From the NCBI GenBank assembly GCA_964016885.1, contig OZ024743.1, forward strand, positions 273,110,001-273,174,000: DNA of 64,000 nucleotides. The letters run 5' to 3'. Made by a program: the position numbers and the translations under genes. Origin of the DNA: Eledone cirrhosa (taxonomy: Eukaryota). Below, in pieces: positions 39,375 to 53,815 of the stretch; position 1 is the first letter of the stretch; every line of letters begins with the position of its first letter. The notes under the pieces were generated by a model. It saw nothing but the letters and a program-made list of their open reading frames with translations. It did no database searches and had not been told where the DNA came from.

Positions 39375-42300
39375 AGCGTCAGTTTCCCCACCCCTGTTAT
39401 TTTAAGATAGAATTGGCCAAATACGTTTTACTAACTACTTATAGCAGATGTGTTAAAAACCCCTTTAAGTTTGTATCTGTTTTGTAATTTCTATAAGTTT
39501 TTTTCTATTCTCAACTTATTAACCTGTAATTGTAAGATAGTGATTTCTTTATTCCTTTCTCACTATCTAATTTTATATATTTTTTTATTTTTTTATTTCT
39601 TTCTAGTATTTTTTACTGTCTCCTACTCTCTTTCGATTTACCTATTCTATAACCTTCCTCCCCCATTTCATACACTATCCTTAGTATCTGATGTATATAT
39701 ATCACTTTCAAAGCTTGACCGCTCCACTCACTCCCCTATTGTTCTACAGGCAAGTTCAGCCACCCCTACCTCCCACCAAATGCCATGATAGACTTATTTG
39801 TGTTTACAAGAAATTTTAACCAATCCTCTTGACAACTATAATCTTCCCATATAAGGAAGTACCCCCTTGAAAAGTTCGGCTATTTATTCACCAGGCTAAA
39901 CATTCTAATTTAGTCCAGAAATAGCCGTCGAAACGGCTTGAGCTCTGCCGTCGGGGTCATACTTTTTCCTATTTCCCACTCTAATACCCTACGTATTGAG
40001 TACTCTGGTGCGTTATGGTCCATTTGGTTACTTACCACAATTCCTTTGTTATTTAGCTCCTATCTATGTAGTAGAGCACTTACCGACACTACCACGCCAT
40101 ATCCCGACTTTTCCACTCAGCTCAAGTTTCTTCACCCGCACGATGCGAAAACACAACATCGACTTCTCCACCTAGAACATCCCAGTTCCACCGAGTAAAC
40201 TTTACACTCGGATGCTCACGAAAAAAATCGACCTTTTTGCGAAAAGACTAAGATGGAGAACTTTCTTCTACGATAGATACCGCGACAATATGGACTTTGA
40301 CACCAAGGAGAGATTCGGATTCAATACCTACAAATCTCCCCTTCCGAACCCTATGCTCTCACCCTTCGAGAACGACCTTTTCCACCTGGTCAAGAGCATT
40401 AAATTCAAACCCAGACACAACAGATTCCTACAACAACTCCGTAGCAAAATAACAGAGTATGAATACACCAACGACATCATGGTGCACTCGGACAAAACTG
40501 GAAACCTCTACTTCGTTAACCCTGACAGATACCACACACTGATCAGGAGCAGCCTAAACTCCACCTATAAAAAGGCTAACCATTCAATTATCGAGGACAT
40601 GAATCGAGATGGACAACAAATTACCTCCAGGCTCAGGGTAGCCGACCGCACTGAACCCCTAGACCACGGACTCCTTACTTCACACTGAACGACCACAAAT
40701 CTGACTTCGACCGCAAACCATCCATTAGGCTTATAAACCCAACGAAGTCAGACATAGGGAGAGTCAGTAAAAAGATCCTAGACCGAGTTATACCAAAAGT
40801 TAAGCAAAACGTGAGACTTTGCCTATGGGTCAGCACCCAGGAAGTAATCTCATGGTTCAGGAATATGGAGGACAAACGAAACACAAAATTCATCCAGTTT
40901 GACATAAAGAGTTACTATGCATCTATTACCTTACCGTTCCTTACGGTCGCCTTGGACTTTGCAGAAACACTCACGTCCATCACTGACCAGGAAAGAAATA
41001 TCATTCTCCACGCCAGGAAGACAGTCCTACTTTTCGACAACTCCAAGTGGATAATGAGAGCTCCTGACTCACCCTTCGATGTCAGTATGGGCGCGACGGA
41101 TTCGGCCGAGGTCACATATCTATAGGATTATTCCTACTATTTTAACTCACCGAATTGTTTCCTGCATTCGGCGGTGGATTGTACCGGGATGATGGCCTCC
41201 TCGCCCTCAAAGGGTACAACCCCAATAGTACAGACCGGGTCCTTAAACAACTAATCAACTTCTTCCGGGACTGGGGATTTAAAATCACCCTACACACGTC
41301 CCTAACCCGAGTCAAATTCCTGGACGTTACACTTAACCTCGAAAATGATCGGTACTACCCATACAGGAAACCGAACGACAACCTGCACTACATTCACCGC
41401 TGCTCTAACCATCCTAGAAACATCACCAATAACCTGGCTAAAACATCTCCCTCCGCATATCTCGTTTGTCCGCTAATGAGCAGATATTCGACGAACACGA
41501 GCCTCATTACAACCAGGCCCTCAAGCGGAGTGGCTTCCGGGAGGAAATATCCTTTTATCCAGCTTCCCTTAGCGGAACCAGCAGGCGACACCGCCGCTCA
41601 CGCAACGTAACGTGGTTCAATCCTCCCCACAATGCCGAGGTGGCAACACCTATCGGGAAAATCTTCTTTAGACGCCCCGAAAAACACTTCCCACTACAAC
41701 ACCGCTACCACAACATAAGCAACAAAACCACCATCAAACTCTCCTACAGCACCACACCTAACTTCGCGCAAAACATCGTCTCCTCCAACAACAACAAAAT
41801 CAACCCCTATGGAAGAAATAACCTAGACATCAGTGGAGAGCCGACCAGGAATGTAACTTCTCTGATAGATCCACGTGCCCCCTCAACAACAAATGCCGAG
41901 AACGTAACGTGATCTACCAGTACAACGTGTGGACGGACACCTACAACAAAGCTTATATAGTATTAACGGCTCTACCAACATCGACACACTTTCCGAAACC
42001 CGGTTCGGCGACATGCCAATACACTTTCGGACCACATCTGGGACCTCCAAGATAACAATATAACCTACAATCTCACTTGGAGGTTACTCTCCAGAGCTAA
42101 CTCTTACACGGGAGGACGCCATCCGTGTAACTTATGCTCGGAGGAAACATTACAAATGCTGTTTTCGAAAGACCAACTCCTAAACAAGAAAGATGAACTG
42201 GTAACCGCATGCAAACACAGATTGCGTAGGACTTACCTCGCCCTCAAACCCTATAACGACCCGGGTGGATAGACAAGGGCTGATACCTCCCCCTCCAATT

Positions 42301-43072
42301 GCCGAGTAAGTTAGGGGAAACCCTAGCTTACATAGGTAAATGTATCTCTTTTATTTTCTTCTTTGTCTCCTTCTTACCCCTGTTTCATCCTATCACTTCC
42401 TCCACCCTCTATTTTCGTCCTCGTCTGCTTTTCCCTTTCGCCTACCCCGATGCAGCCCATCGGGCCTTGTATCATCAGTTCCCCCACACCTGTTAGTTTA
42501 AGATAGAATTGGCCAAATACGTTTTACTACTACTTATAGCAGATGGGTTAAAAACCCCTTTAAGTTTGTATCTAATTTTGTAATTTCTATAAGTTTTTTC
42601 TATTCTCAACTTATTAACCTGTAATTGTAAGATAGCATTGTGATTTCTTTATTCCTTTCACACTATCTAATTTTATATATTTTTTTATTTTTTTCTTTCT
42701 TTCTAGTATCTTTTACTGTCTCCTATTCTCTTTCGATTTACCTATTCTATAACCTCCCTCCCCCACTTCTTACACTATCCTTAGAATCTGATGTATACAT
42801 ATCACTTTCAACGCTTGACCGCTCCACTCACTCCCCTATGGTTTTACAGGCAAGTTCAGCCACCCTTTCCTCCCACCAAATGCCATGATAGACTTATTTG
42901 TGTTTACAACAAATGTTAACCAATCCTCTTGACAACTACAATCTTCCCATATAAGGAAGTACCCCCCTTGAAAAGTTCGGCCATTTATTCACCAGGCTAA
43001 AAATTCTAATTTAGTCCAGAAATAGCCGTCGAAACGGCTTGAGCTCTGCCGTCGAGGTCATATTTTTTCCTA
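39375..43072 (+). mobile_element. Near full-length Penelope-like retroelement (RT + GIY-YIG) with direct pseudo-LTRs, probably Hydra-type clade, inserted in (TA)n
   Basis: Direct repeats at ~39377-39972 and ~42474-43072 flank a frameshifted ORF. Motifs: KRLRWRTFF, SDKTGNLY, IRLINPTKSDIG, QFDIKSYYASI, FDVSMGATDSAEV, GLYRDDGL, FLDVTLNL, WFNPP, a Cys linker, VIYQ...AYI, CNLC...CKH. Clade assignment is inferred from the Cys motifs and the TA target. Confidence 0.93.
40100..42270 (+). pseudogene. PLE reverse transcriptase/GIY-YIG endonuclease pseudogene (frameshifts and stops)
   Basis: ORF pieces 40212-40688, 40811-41125, 41155-41610 and 41466-41912 carry successive RT motifs. The endonuclease region lies at ~41850-42270. 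The start is approximate. Confidence 0.9.
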
Positions 43073-43083
43073 TATATATATAT

Positions 43084-43147
<64 letters not shown>

Positions 43148-43153
<6 letters not shown>

Positions 43154-43590
43154 ATATTTGGGGAGGGTCATATTTGCGTAATATTGCCAGAATTAATAAC
43201 AGAACACACTCACTGTTTGGTTGGTTTTCGCTTCTCGCTGTCTTTTATATATATATATCTGCGATCTAACTTACTCGGTCCTCAATGTTGCCATTGACTG
43301 ACCGGCGGTCAAAAATAATACAGATACAATATAGACAAACACATATATATATAGTTTACATAAATCTTTCGTTGCACATCTGCAACATCGTCAGTGGTGT
43401 TATATTCATTGTTCCTCCTGTTGTGTTGTATGTCTACGCCATTTTTTTTGTTCAGCGAAAACCAACCAAACAGTGAGTGTGTTCTGTTATTAATTCTGGC
43501 AATATTACGCAAATATGACCCTCCCCAAATATAACAATATCTGTTTCGACACACGATTTCATATAAAAAACCTCGCAAAACTAATTCATC
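43148..43590. mobile_element. Inverted-arm repeat family member; relative at ~14800-15022
   Basis: Arms 43148-43231 and 43455-43538. Homology to 14807-15022. Confidence 0.75.
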
Positions 43591-43594
43591 GCCG

Positions 43595-43634
<40 letters not shown>

Positions 43635-43907
43635 AATAGAATGAAACGAAATTTCATTTCTCACTCTTAGTACGGCACTTACTTAAATGTAAGTATGTAT
43701 GTATACGTACATACATATATGTATACAGACGTACAGTAGCATGTATATATATACATACAGGCACACATATATATATGCACGTATCAGTTTACCGAACATT
43801 TATTATAATGCTCGGTTTGTTCGTTTGTAAACAAACAAACAGCCTGAATTACGCCGTACAGTGTTTAGGCAACCACATCACCTTTTTGTTCAACACTGAC
43901 ACAGGAA

Positions 43908-43948
43908 CGATGTACTAGTTTCAAGCTTATTAGCTATCGTCAGCACCG
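43908..43948 (-). ncRNA. Minimal type I hammerhead ribozyme motif
   Basis: CGGUG CUGACGA UAGC-UAAUAA-GCUU GAAA CUAG UA CAUCG. Confidence 0.82.
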
Positions 43949-44376
43949 TATACCTTTCTGCCAGATGGTGGAACGTCCGAAAGTATATACTTTCCTTATG
44001 AAAATTAACGGCTGAGCAGCCTAATTTGCATATCGAGGCTGTTTGTTTGTTTACAAACGAACAAACCGAACATTATAATAAATGTTCGGTAAACGGGTAC
44101 GTTCATATATATATGTGTGCCTGTATGTATATATATATACATGCTACTGTACGTCTGTATACATATATGTATGTACGTATACATACATACTTACATTTAA
44201 GTAAGTGCCGTACTAAGAGTGAGAAATGAAATTTCGTTTCATTCTATTCCATTTATCGTTTTCGGTGCGCCTGGCCGAATGAACTCACTCGATATGCAAA
44301 TTAGGCTGCTCAGCCGTTAATATGCATAAGGAAAGTATATACTTTCGGACGTTCCACCATCTGGCAGAAAGGTATA

Positions 44377-44417
44377 CGGTGCTGACGATAGCTAATAAGC
44401 TTGAAACTAGTACATCG
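44377..44417 (+). ncRNA. Minimal type I hammerhead ribozyme motif
   Basis: CGGUG CUGACGA UAGC-UAAUAA-GCUU GAAA CUAG UA CAUCG, with palindromic stem III ACUAGU. Confidence 0.82.
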
Positions 44418-44636
44418 TTCCTGTGTCAGTGTTGAACAAAAAGGTGACGTGGTTGACTTAACACTGTACGGCGTAATTCAGGTTGTTTGTTTGTTTACAA
44501 ACGAACAAACCGAGCATTATAATAAATGTTCGGTAAACTGATACGTGCATATATATATGTGTGCCTGTATGTATATATATACATGCTACTGTACGTCTGT
44601 ATACATATATGTATGTACGTATACATACATACTTAC

Positions 44637-44715
<79 letters not shown>

Positions 44716-45991
44716 TAGTCAACAACTGGGCACGTAGTATGGACAGACATGTATCTCTTCTGAGGTTGTGACCGGCGAGGAATTGTTATAAAATGATAGA
44801 ATTTTTATGGAGTAGATTTATCTTCAATGTAAAACTGATATGGATTGAAATTTGTATAATATTTTGAATGAAATTGAAAAAAAATACGAAATACAATTAA
44901 GTTGAATTAAACAAGTCTCTCATGATTTACATATGGAATGAATATAATATTCAACAAGTAACATAGAAAGAGGTGTTGAGATAAATGGAAGTTAGCTCAT
45001 TAAAAGAAATACGCCAAAAGATGTAACATACGATGATGATAAGGTCTTGAGTTTTATTTGTTTATTCATGAAGAATTTTCATTTTCCAAATATCCAAGTT
45101 AGTTCTACAAGCTAAATTCCCATCATATGTAATATTTTCCGCAATATTTAAAGCATTACGTTTGCACTTGTACCGCTGGTGAACTAGCAGAATTGTTTGA
45201 CGATATTCTTTCTTTTCATAAATGCATAGTCTTAAAGAAACATAAAAAAAAATCCTTCTGTTTTGTACAAACTATAATGTTATTCTAAACGGCAGTTAAA
45301 CAGTATTTCTTATAAACCAGTCTCTAAGAAAAGAATGCTTTGTCATGTAATGTTCACGTACTCTATAATGAATTATAGGGTTGCTGTTGTGGTATACGGA
45401 GTGAGTTGAGAATGTTAAACCTGTTTGAGCCATCCCTCTGCAGATCTGATCTTAGCCATTTTCCTCCAAAGAGCGAGAGAGAAAAAGAGTGATAGAAAAA
45501 AAGGGATAGAGATAAAAGACAGAAGCAGAGAACCAAAGAGACAGAAATGAAGTAAGAAGGAGAGATGGAGGAATAATCACCTGAAGTACTGGTTTGACAA
45601 TATATTTATTGACCTCAAAATGATGAAAAGCAGTGTTGTGATCGACAGATGTACTCAAAGCGCAAGAAACCGGAACATATGCTGCAAAGCACTCTATCTG
45701 ACGTAATAGCGATTCTTAGAATTCGTCGCCTCAGCGAACGAATAGCACTTCAATATGTTAGCTTCATGTTTTAGATACATAAAAGTGTTGCTACAAGTTA
45801 AATTATCGCCAATTCACTTGTTTATCATATTATGCAGTTAAAAAAAACTATCGACAATTATAATTGAGCTTACTCACGGAATTGTTTCTTCTGTCTTCAC
45901 CAAAATACTAAATCCTTGTATAAATCAAATATATGGCAATCAATTTCTTTCTCTAATCCCTAACTAATTCTCTTCCCATTCCCCTCTCTCT

Positions 45992-46028
<37 letters not shown>

Positions 46029-46032
<4 letters not shown>

Positions 46033-46140
46033 AAAATGTTCAGGACCCCGACGGCAAGAGTTCAAGTCGTTTCAACGGCTATTTCTGGACACAAATTTCC
46101 TATTACCCACTCTACTACCCGAAGTATCGAGTACTCTGGT
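46029..46140. mobile_element. Two-armed pseudo-LTR fragment of the same PLE family
   Basis: Minus arm 46029-46090, plus arm 46095-46140. Confidence 0.8.
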
Positions 46141-46175
46141 ATATATATATATGTATATGTATATATATTTGTATG

Positions 46176-46257
<82 letters not shown>

Positions 46258-46260
46258 TAA

Positions 46261-46295
<35 letters not shown>

Positions 46296-46303
46296 TGTAT
46301 ATG

Positions 46304-46419
<116 letters not shown>

Positions 46420-46424
46420 AAAGA

Positions 46425-46545
46425 AGGTGCGTGAGTTAGTGGTTAGAACGTTCAGCTCACAATAGTAAGGTTGTGAGTTTGAATCCCCGACTGGTCAGTG
46501 CGTTGTGTTTTTCAGTAAAACACTTTATTTGCCGTTGCTTTCATC
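46425..46545 (+). mobile_element. tRNA-derived SINE head of a second family
   Basis: A-box TAGTGGTTAG, B-box GAGTTTGAATCCC, then GCGTTGTGT...AAACACTTTA. Confidence 0.65.
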
Positions 46546-47054
46546 ATGCTAAAGAATGTCTGGGCATCAAGGACGTCTGCCCAAGAACTAAAACTGCAAC
46601 TTGAAGTCTTTACTGCTGTATGTATGTGAAACTTGGATGACACCAATGCCGATGCATCAAAAGATCCGTTCATCAACACCTATCTGGGGCGCATATACAA
46701 CATCAAATTCCCACAAAACATCAGAAACGACGATCTGTTGGAGCGAACGGGACATGAGCCAGCGACAAAGCAGATTCTGCCGGGGTAGTGGAGCTGGATT
46801 GGAGATACCCCCAGGAAACTAGCTTCCAACGCCACATGTCAATCACAGGAATCCACAGGGGAAAAGGAAGAGAGATTGGTCCTCGGCAGCTGGCGGGATG
46901 GAATTAAGGCTGAATTAAGAAAGTTGGAAGCCAAATGGAGTGTAGTGACGAGAGCAGCCCTGGATCATGTACGATGGTGAGAGTCGTCAATGACCTAAGC
47001 ACAACAGAGGGTGCTGGTGCTGAATGATGATGATGATGGTGATCTTGATGATGA

Positions 47055-47057
<3 letters not shown>
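46545..47057 (+). mobile_element. 3' fragment of an RTE-clade LINE with (GAT)n tail
   Basis: KSLLLYVCETW, WSWIG and NPQGKRKR motifs. Ends in GATGATGAT. Confidence 0.8.
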
Positions 47058-47113
<56 letters not shown>

Positions 47114-47557
47114 CTTTCTAGGTGCAATTCCCATGGTCGTTCATGACCGACGGGCGACTTTACCTTCTGTATATATTTTATATATAAATACATGTACACA
47201 ATTTCACTCTTACTATGGGTTCAGACGATTCCACGGCGTCATACCGGCAGTGTAATTAGACCATTGGACAGAATAGATTTTCTGTATTTGTTTCCGCTCT
47301 CTTCGCTCTCTTAGATCCAATATCACCGATGACAACTTAGCCTTTCACCATTTCGAAGTTAATAATTTACCACTTCAGTATCGGTATTAATTCTTCCTCG
47401 ATATTTCCATTTCATTTCATCTCCTCCCTGGAGATGATCCCTGACATATTTAAAATTCTTAAATCATGTCATGACATGCGATCATAGATACAAACATAAA
47501 CTCTTTATGTCAGTCTATTATTTAGGAGTAATCATTACAAGCAACCAGCTTTGGGTG

Positions 47558-47740
<183 letters not shown>

Positions 47741-48202
47741 CGTGAGAGCATTTTTTGAACTTTCCATACTTATCTGGAATGAGGTGGGGATAATATTCAT
47801 ATAAAATTTCTTATTTCATTGCATTCCGTTTGTTGGAGATATCTGAACGTATTCGCCCTATTTCTTAAAATTACGAATAGGATCTATATTAATGGGCTTC
47901 TTAATGTTTCACAAAGAAGTAACGATTAAAACAAAATACATAGGAAAACATTTCCTACATTTAATATATTTTTTGTTTTGTTTCTATCTTATTTCATCTA
48001 TGATGAGCATTGTTTAAATGTGTAAAACATGACTAAAGCAATAAGCTAATTGAAGTTGATTTCCTCACATTATCACGTATATTAAACAAGCTTGACAGAT
48101 ATTTCAGAAAGTATTATCACGTCTTGATTGGAAAAGAAACGAAGCCTTTGTTGGGTGGTTGTTTGGCATGAATGTTTATGGATAAGTATGCTTACTAAAT
48201 CT

Positions 48203-48233
<31 letters not shown>

Positions 48234-48264
48234 CGCGCGCACGCACACACTTATCTCTGACCCA

Positions 48265-49770
48265 TATCAGTCTTTCTCATTTATTATATTTGCAATTTCT
48301 AGGTGTTTTGATTGGAACATTTCACCTGTACCCTTTCTTAGTATATATGCTTATGTCCACGATATTAACGTTTTATACGTTTATTAACAGGGCTATTCTT
48401 TCTACAGATTGCCTTTTAAAGTGTTTTGGTCATTACATCATTCTACCTAGGTAGATAATATCGTGTAGATAGCTTTGAACTGCTGCTTATGATGTATGTG
48501 CCATCTTTGATGTTTACCCCATAGAGCCTGCATTTTGATGTCAGATCTAGATGTTTTGATTGCAACACTATCTCCTTCGTGCAACTAGTATTTCGGTGTC
48601 ATTTCCTGTTCTTGGATTACAAAAGTATATACTTCAAAGTGTTGGTCCAATATATACTACTTTTCTTATTTATATTACTCTCACTCTGATGCTTTCTGGC
48701 AATAAAGACATGCACTGCTCAACAGCTAACTTGCACTCTTCGATCTCCCTGCATCTTCTTACCAGACTCTTAACATAGACATTACAGGGGAGGCTTAACT
48801 CTAATTGGAACAATCTCTCTTGTCTCCCTTTTTAAAAATTGGTATTATCACTCCCGATTGCCTTGCTCACACTTCTCCTTAACCCATTTCCTCCCAGCCG
48901 CTTGCTCATCTGTGATGAGTTTGTTATTGTCACAATAATCCTGGAGGAATAGCTTCAGAGCTGTTATCTACATTTTATACATTCCCTTCTGGCATGCAAT
49001 AGGTAGGTAGATCTTCGCCAAGTGGTTGTATTTTGGAGATCAATACTTTTTCTGCTAGAGTCAATGAACTTGGTATATATATAAGCTCTCACTCTTACTG
49101 GTAAGATGCAAGCGACAAAAAGTGAGTTTTTTGTACCAGAAGCTGATAATCAAAACTCAACCTGTTTTCCTATCACAGTCTCAAGTGTATCATCATTGAA
49201 GGTGTAAATGGTGTAATACAGGGACAGTAGTTCGTTTGAATCTCTTTCAATCACACTGCATCTTGGTTAACTTTATTATCCTCACCCTATATTTTTCCAG
49301 AAGGAATCTATCTTTCTAGGATGGTATCCCAGTGACATTTATTAATTTGCGTTTCATACGTCTAGAGACTGATGTTTGGCTTCGCCTGAATCTTTTATTA
49401 ATCATTTCCATTTCAGCCACTCACTTCTTATATAGGAGGATTTCGCCGAGAGTTCTCAGTTCTTGTTTGAGACTAATCAACTTCTATTGAAATATTCTGC
49501 TTGTACTGTCTTCGCACATCACTTCTATTGTATTTTCCTCTCTTTGCATAGATTTTTACTTTTGTTTACATGTGATAAGCATTGTTACATGGGCGATAGT
49601 TTCCTGTACATTAGCGATCTTTTTTTCTTCTCTTTTTGAAATATACGATAGCATTTTTATGTTGTCTTGTTTCTGTTAACATCTCTATTATCACCAAGAT
49701 AATGCGTCACTCTCATTCCTACGGCCCATAGCAGGAGGTTAGTTTGCCAATATGTAGGGGATTTAATTTC
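48265..49770 (-). mobile_element. Decayed R4/Dong-like (restriction-like endonuclease) non-LTR retrotransposon
   Basis: Minus-strand fragments in the expected order: SFWKNI, NQDAV*LKEI, ISFWYKKLT, YLPIACQKGMYK, SKCRLY, IISSSSKLSTRYYLPR*NDV (Zn knuckle/RHD region). Confidence 0.65.
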
Positions 49771-50369
49771 GTGCAATTATTCACCTCAGATTTCGTTCAT
49801 AGCACGTAGAATTTCATTATTTTATATTTAATATTATCATTTTATGTCTATTTTTAAGACGTTTCATCTGCAGAAAATTGCTCTCTTATGTATGTATCTC
49901 TACTGGTAATGTATTCTCATGTGGGTCCACGTGGTAGAGGACAAAACTGTTATCTGATCAATAACAGGTAAATTCTAGCAGAGAATTAGGAAGACTTGTA
50001 ATACGGGTTCTAAGCATTTGTCTGTTTGTCCTCTGCCTGTTATCTGTTCTAATGTGAACCAGGTTTATTGCTTGACAGTCCTGTCATTATTACCCACTGC
50101 ACAAACACACATAGACACACATAAACATACACATACGCATAAGCATAGAAATGCGCGCGCACTCAAACACACACTCTATTTCTGTATTTGTGTTTGTGTG
50201 GGTGTAATGTATAATTGTATGGGGTTGTAATGCATATACATACATGTATATGTGTTTATGTATGTATGTGTTTCTATGTATGTGTATATAATTGTGTATA
50301 GGTATCACATATATATGTATATATGTGTGTATGCATATGCATGTATGTGTATAAATGTATACACATGAG

Positions 50370-53300
50370 GTCGCTCTCAAATGCTACCGTTCACATGTAT
50401 ATTAGTACAACCAGGCGGTTAAACCGGCAATCCGTCCTTGCTTTCCCGGTGAGGAGTGTGATTCCCGGAATCCTGCAGGATGAAAAACAACATCCATCGT
50501 ACCAAAAGCGCATTTTTAGCTTTGCTCTAAAGCAGTGCTATTCAAAGTGGTGGTCCGCGGACCGGTGCCGGTACGCGAGCCATCAGCAACCGGTACGCGG
50601 CGAGTGTCCAGGCCATGCTAAGGAATCATTTGAGGAATTGGTAGAATCTAAGGAATTTCAAGGAAATTTTAGGCTGTGACTGCTAGTTTCAGTAATTTGT
50701 CCTTATGCAATGAAAACTGGGGGTGAAAATTAAATGACAATAATAGGTAAATTAACCTGATAGTAAAAATATAAGGTGATAATATATCATAGTTTTCTAT
50801 GAAGAAAGAAAGTCAAATAACAGAAAATGGAAAGTGCAGCATCAGTTTCGGTGACTAAACGACCTACTGCAGTAAGTAAACAACTTATCAGTTGTCCGGT
50901 GGTGACGCGTGGTACTTACCGGCTGTGGTAGATATTATGTAAGTAAATGTAGTATATTTGTGATATTGAATGCTGCCGATTGATACTTTAGTCTCCCTTC
51001 AAAACCATGCTCGCTTTACTTAGGCCCGTATCCCCAAATAAATTATTTCTTCCCTTAATGTAACTATTTTCTCACGCTTAAAATAGCCTGATTAATTCTT
51101 AACAGTAACAAAACATTATTTACGTGGTATTCCCTCATTCCCATGAGTGTTATTAAGATAAAATAATATGGATATTCATTCTCCATTGCGCGTGGCACTG
51201 TCCTCAATTGGACCACGACTGGATAAACTGACAAAGAAGAAGCAGGCTCACCTTTCACGCTAGTAAAATTAAGGTTATATAATTTTTATTTTTGTGTTAA
51301 TAAACTGCTTGTTATTTTTTTTATTACTTTTTTATATGTTTTGATATTATATTATTTGTTTACAAAATAAATAGAAGATAAAAAAAAATGGTCAACTTTT
51401 ATTATATTCATTATATATATCGTTTCCGGTATAAATTAATATTACTACGAAATATTAGCGGTAAGTGGCACATTGAAAAATAAATGCCGGTCCGCCACAT
51501 CAGATAGTTTGAGAAGCACTGCTCTAAAGGACTCTTCAATTTGTGAAGAAATAGAGATATACTATATAATTCATGGAGTTTGATGATTTTAAAGACCAGA
51601 TTTACTGTCTCTCGTGAAAATTTAGCTGATGTTACACACAAGAGAAGGGATTGTTTCCAAGGAAATAATGTTGAAATTAATGAGTTCTTAGCACTACAAT
51701 GAGAAGCCGGGGATCGCCTTATAAAAGCTGGAATTCATCTCAGAGTTATAACTATTTGGCAACTTGTTTTAATGATACTGAGAAGCAGGTGCAGAGAGAA
51801 ATAAGGAAATAGAAGGGTGGCTGGTTGAGAGTTAAGTGATCAGAGAATCAGGAGCCAGCAAATAGAAATGACGCAAAGCTTCTGTAAGATTTAACTAGAG
51901 ACAGTTTGGTGCATCAAGTGTCCAGTGTAACGCCTCTGAGATCTAAGCATAGTAACATTCTTATTTGGGATTCTGTTGAGGTATTAATACCTTGGGAGGA
52001 ACAATATAGGGATTTATTCCTCAGCTCATCTATAATGGATGCTACTAAATCGAGAATTTTCCCCAATTTAACATTGCGGAAGAATTGCATAATATTCCAT
52101 CTATGTAGATGATGCATTAAGCCAATTCAACACAGATCATGATGGTATATTACGAAAGTGCTGGTATGTTGTGTAAATAGAATCAAGAAGTTGCTATATG
52201 ACCCATTTGCTTTGATTTGGAATGGTACTCCTCTGCCGCAGGATTAGACAAATCCATTATAGTTTCACTGCACAAAACCAAGGGTGTAAATGATATTTCT
52301 GACCTCTTCAGGGGTATTTCGTTGATAGGCCATTGTGGCAACGTATATATGAATAGGTTGATGAAGCACATATGTCCAAATATTTCACGGGATTCTCATT
52401 GGAGCTTTTGTGCTGGCAGCGGCCCGGTTGACATAATTTTCATAGCTTGCCAAATCCCAAAGAAATGTCTTGAGCAACGCGAAAGCCTTAATCGGGTATC
52501 TATTGATTTAACTAAAGAATTTGGTTCCGACAATCGGGATATACTGTAAGTTATCCTAAGGAAATTAGGCTGTTCTCCACTGTTGTTGAGAGGTTCAAAC
52601 AGCTTCATGATAATATGAAATCAAAGGCTAATGTTAATGGTCCACTTTCTGATCATGTAGGAGTAGATAGCGGTGTGGAATGGGGAGACATTCTGGTATC
52701 TAACGTGTGCTCATTGTACTTCTCAATCATTATTTTCAATGCATTTGATAATTAGATGGTTGGGTTTTGTGTTAGATGCACGACTACTGGGAAGTTATGT
52801 AATTTGCGCGGCGTTTCTACCAAGAGAAGAACGTTTGTATAAATAGGTCATGATCTCCTTTACGCTGATACTGTGACCTAGTGGCACATTAAAACCAGGA
52901 TATGCAGATTCTAGTGGATCTTCATTGTGCACCGTACAAGGTTTTGGGTTCAAAAATTAGCTTGAGGAAGACTAAAGTTATGTTTACACCGGCACCTGGT
53001 AAGGCATAGCAAGAACCAAATACTTTTGTTGATGGAGTTTGCCTGGTTTCTGTTAATATCTCTGCTTTTCTAGGAAATAAATTCGAGAGATGGATCACTA
53101 GATAAAGAGTTGGACTTTTTGCGTACTAGGAAAGTGTGTCCAGCGTTTGGTAGATTACAGGAGAGAATGTGGACCTAGCATGACATATAGCTATCTACAA
53201 AAGACAGCTGTGTTTAATGCTTGTTGTGTTTTCACTGCACTTTTGTATGCCCCCGAAACATGGACCATACACAGAAAGCACATAATAGTTTTGGAAGGTC

Positions 53301-53815
53301 AAATCAGTACCGTCTTAGACAGTAACTGTCCTTCGATGAACAAGGAACTTAGAATTCCGTTTGAAGAGACCTGCATGTAAGCCAAAAATCTGATTTTGCG
53401 ACAACATTAAAAACCATTGGGAAAGATAGGGAGTTGTATTGAGCAACTGTATGTTAGCTGCTTGTGACAGGGCTTTACGCAGAAGAAGTTTGAACAATAA
53501 TGAGTTAAAAGGTCTAGAGCAATAATAGTTGAAAATAGCAGCATAGAAAATGTGTAACAATGAGCTACTTGATTGTTGATTGTTCAATTTAGAGCTGGTA
53601 TGTCCAGTTTGTGGTCAAATCCTTCTGAACAGAGTGACGGGGAGGGAAACCTGGCGTAACAGATAGATCTGCAGTTCAACGATGCTGCCTTAACTTGCCT
53701 TGTGTGTTGTAAAGAATGTTGGTTCAGAACAGGCATAGAGGGCCATTTCAATAAAATACATATAGGTGAGCTTGTTGCTGTTCACTTGGTTGCTAATGAA
53801 GGACAAGACAAAAGA
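50370..53815 (+). mobile_element. Decayed RTE-clade LINE interrupted by the hAT element
   Basis: FRGISL...DIIFIACQIPKKCLEQ...SIDLTKEF, LLYAD, LLYAPETWT and a C-terminal CxxC...HxxxH. Many stops. The 5' boundary is uncertain. Confidence 0.85.
50533..51521. mobile_element. Non-autonomous hAT (Charlie/Buster-type) element
   Basis: TIRs CAGTGCTATTCAAA / CAGTGCTTCTCAAA. Perfect 8-bp TSD CTCTAAAG (50525-50532 and 51522-51529) with central TA. Confidence 0.92.

Larger units (their letters stand above)
43632..44640. mobile_element. Second copy of the same HHR tandem element (unit ~444 bp)
   Basis: Minus arm 43632-44036. Plus arm 44036-44640 with internal repeat offset 44041/44485. Flanked by (TA)n. 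Confidence 0.85.
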
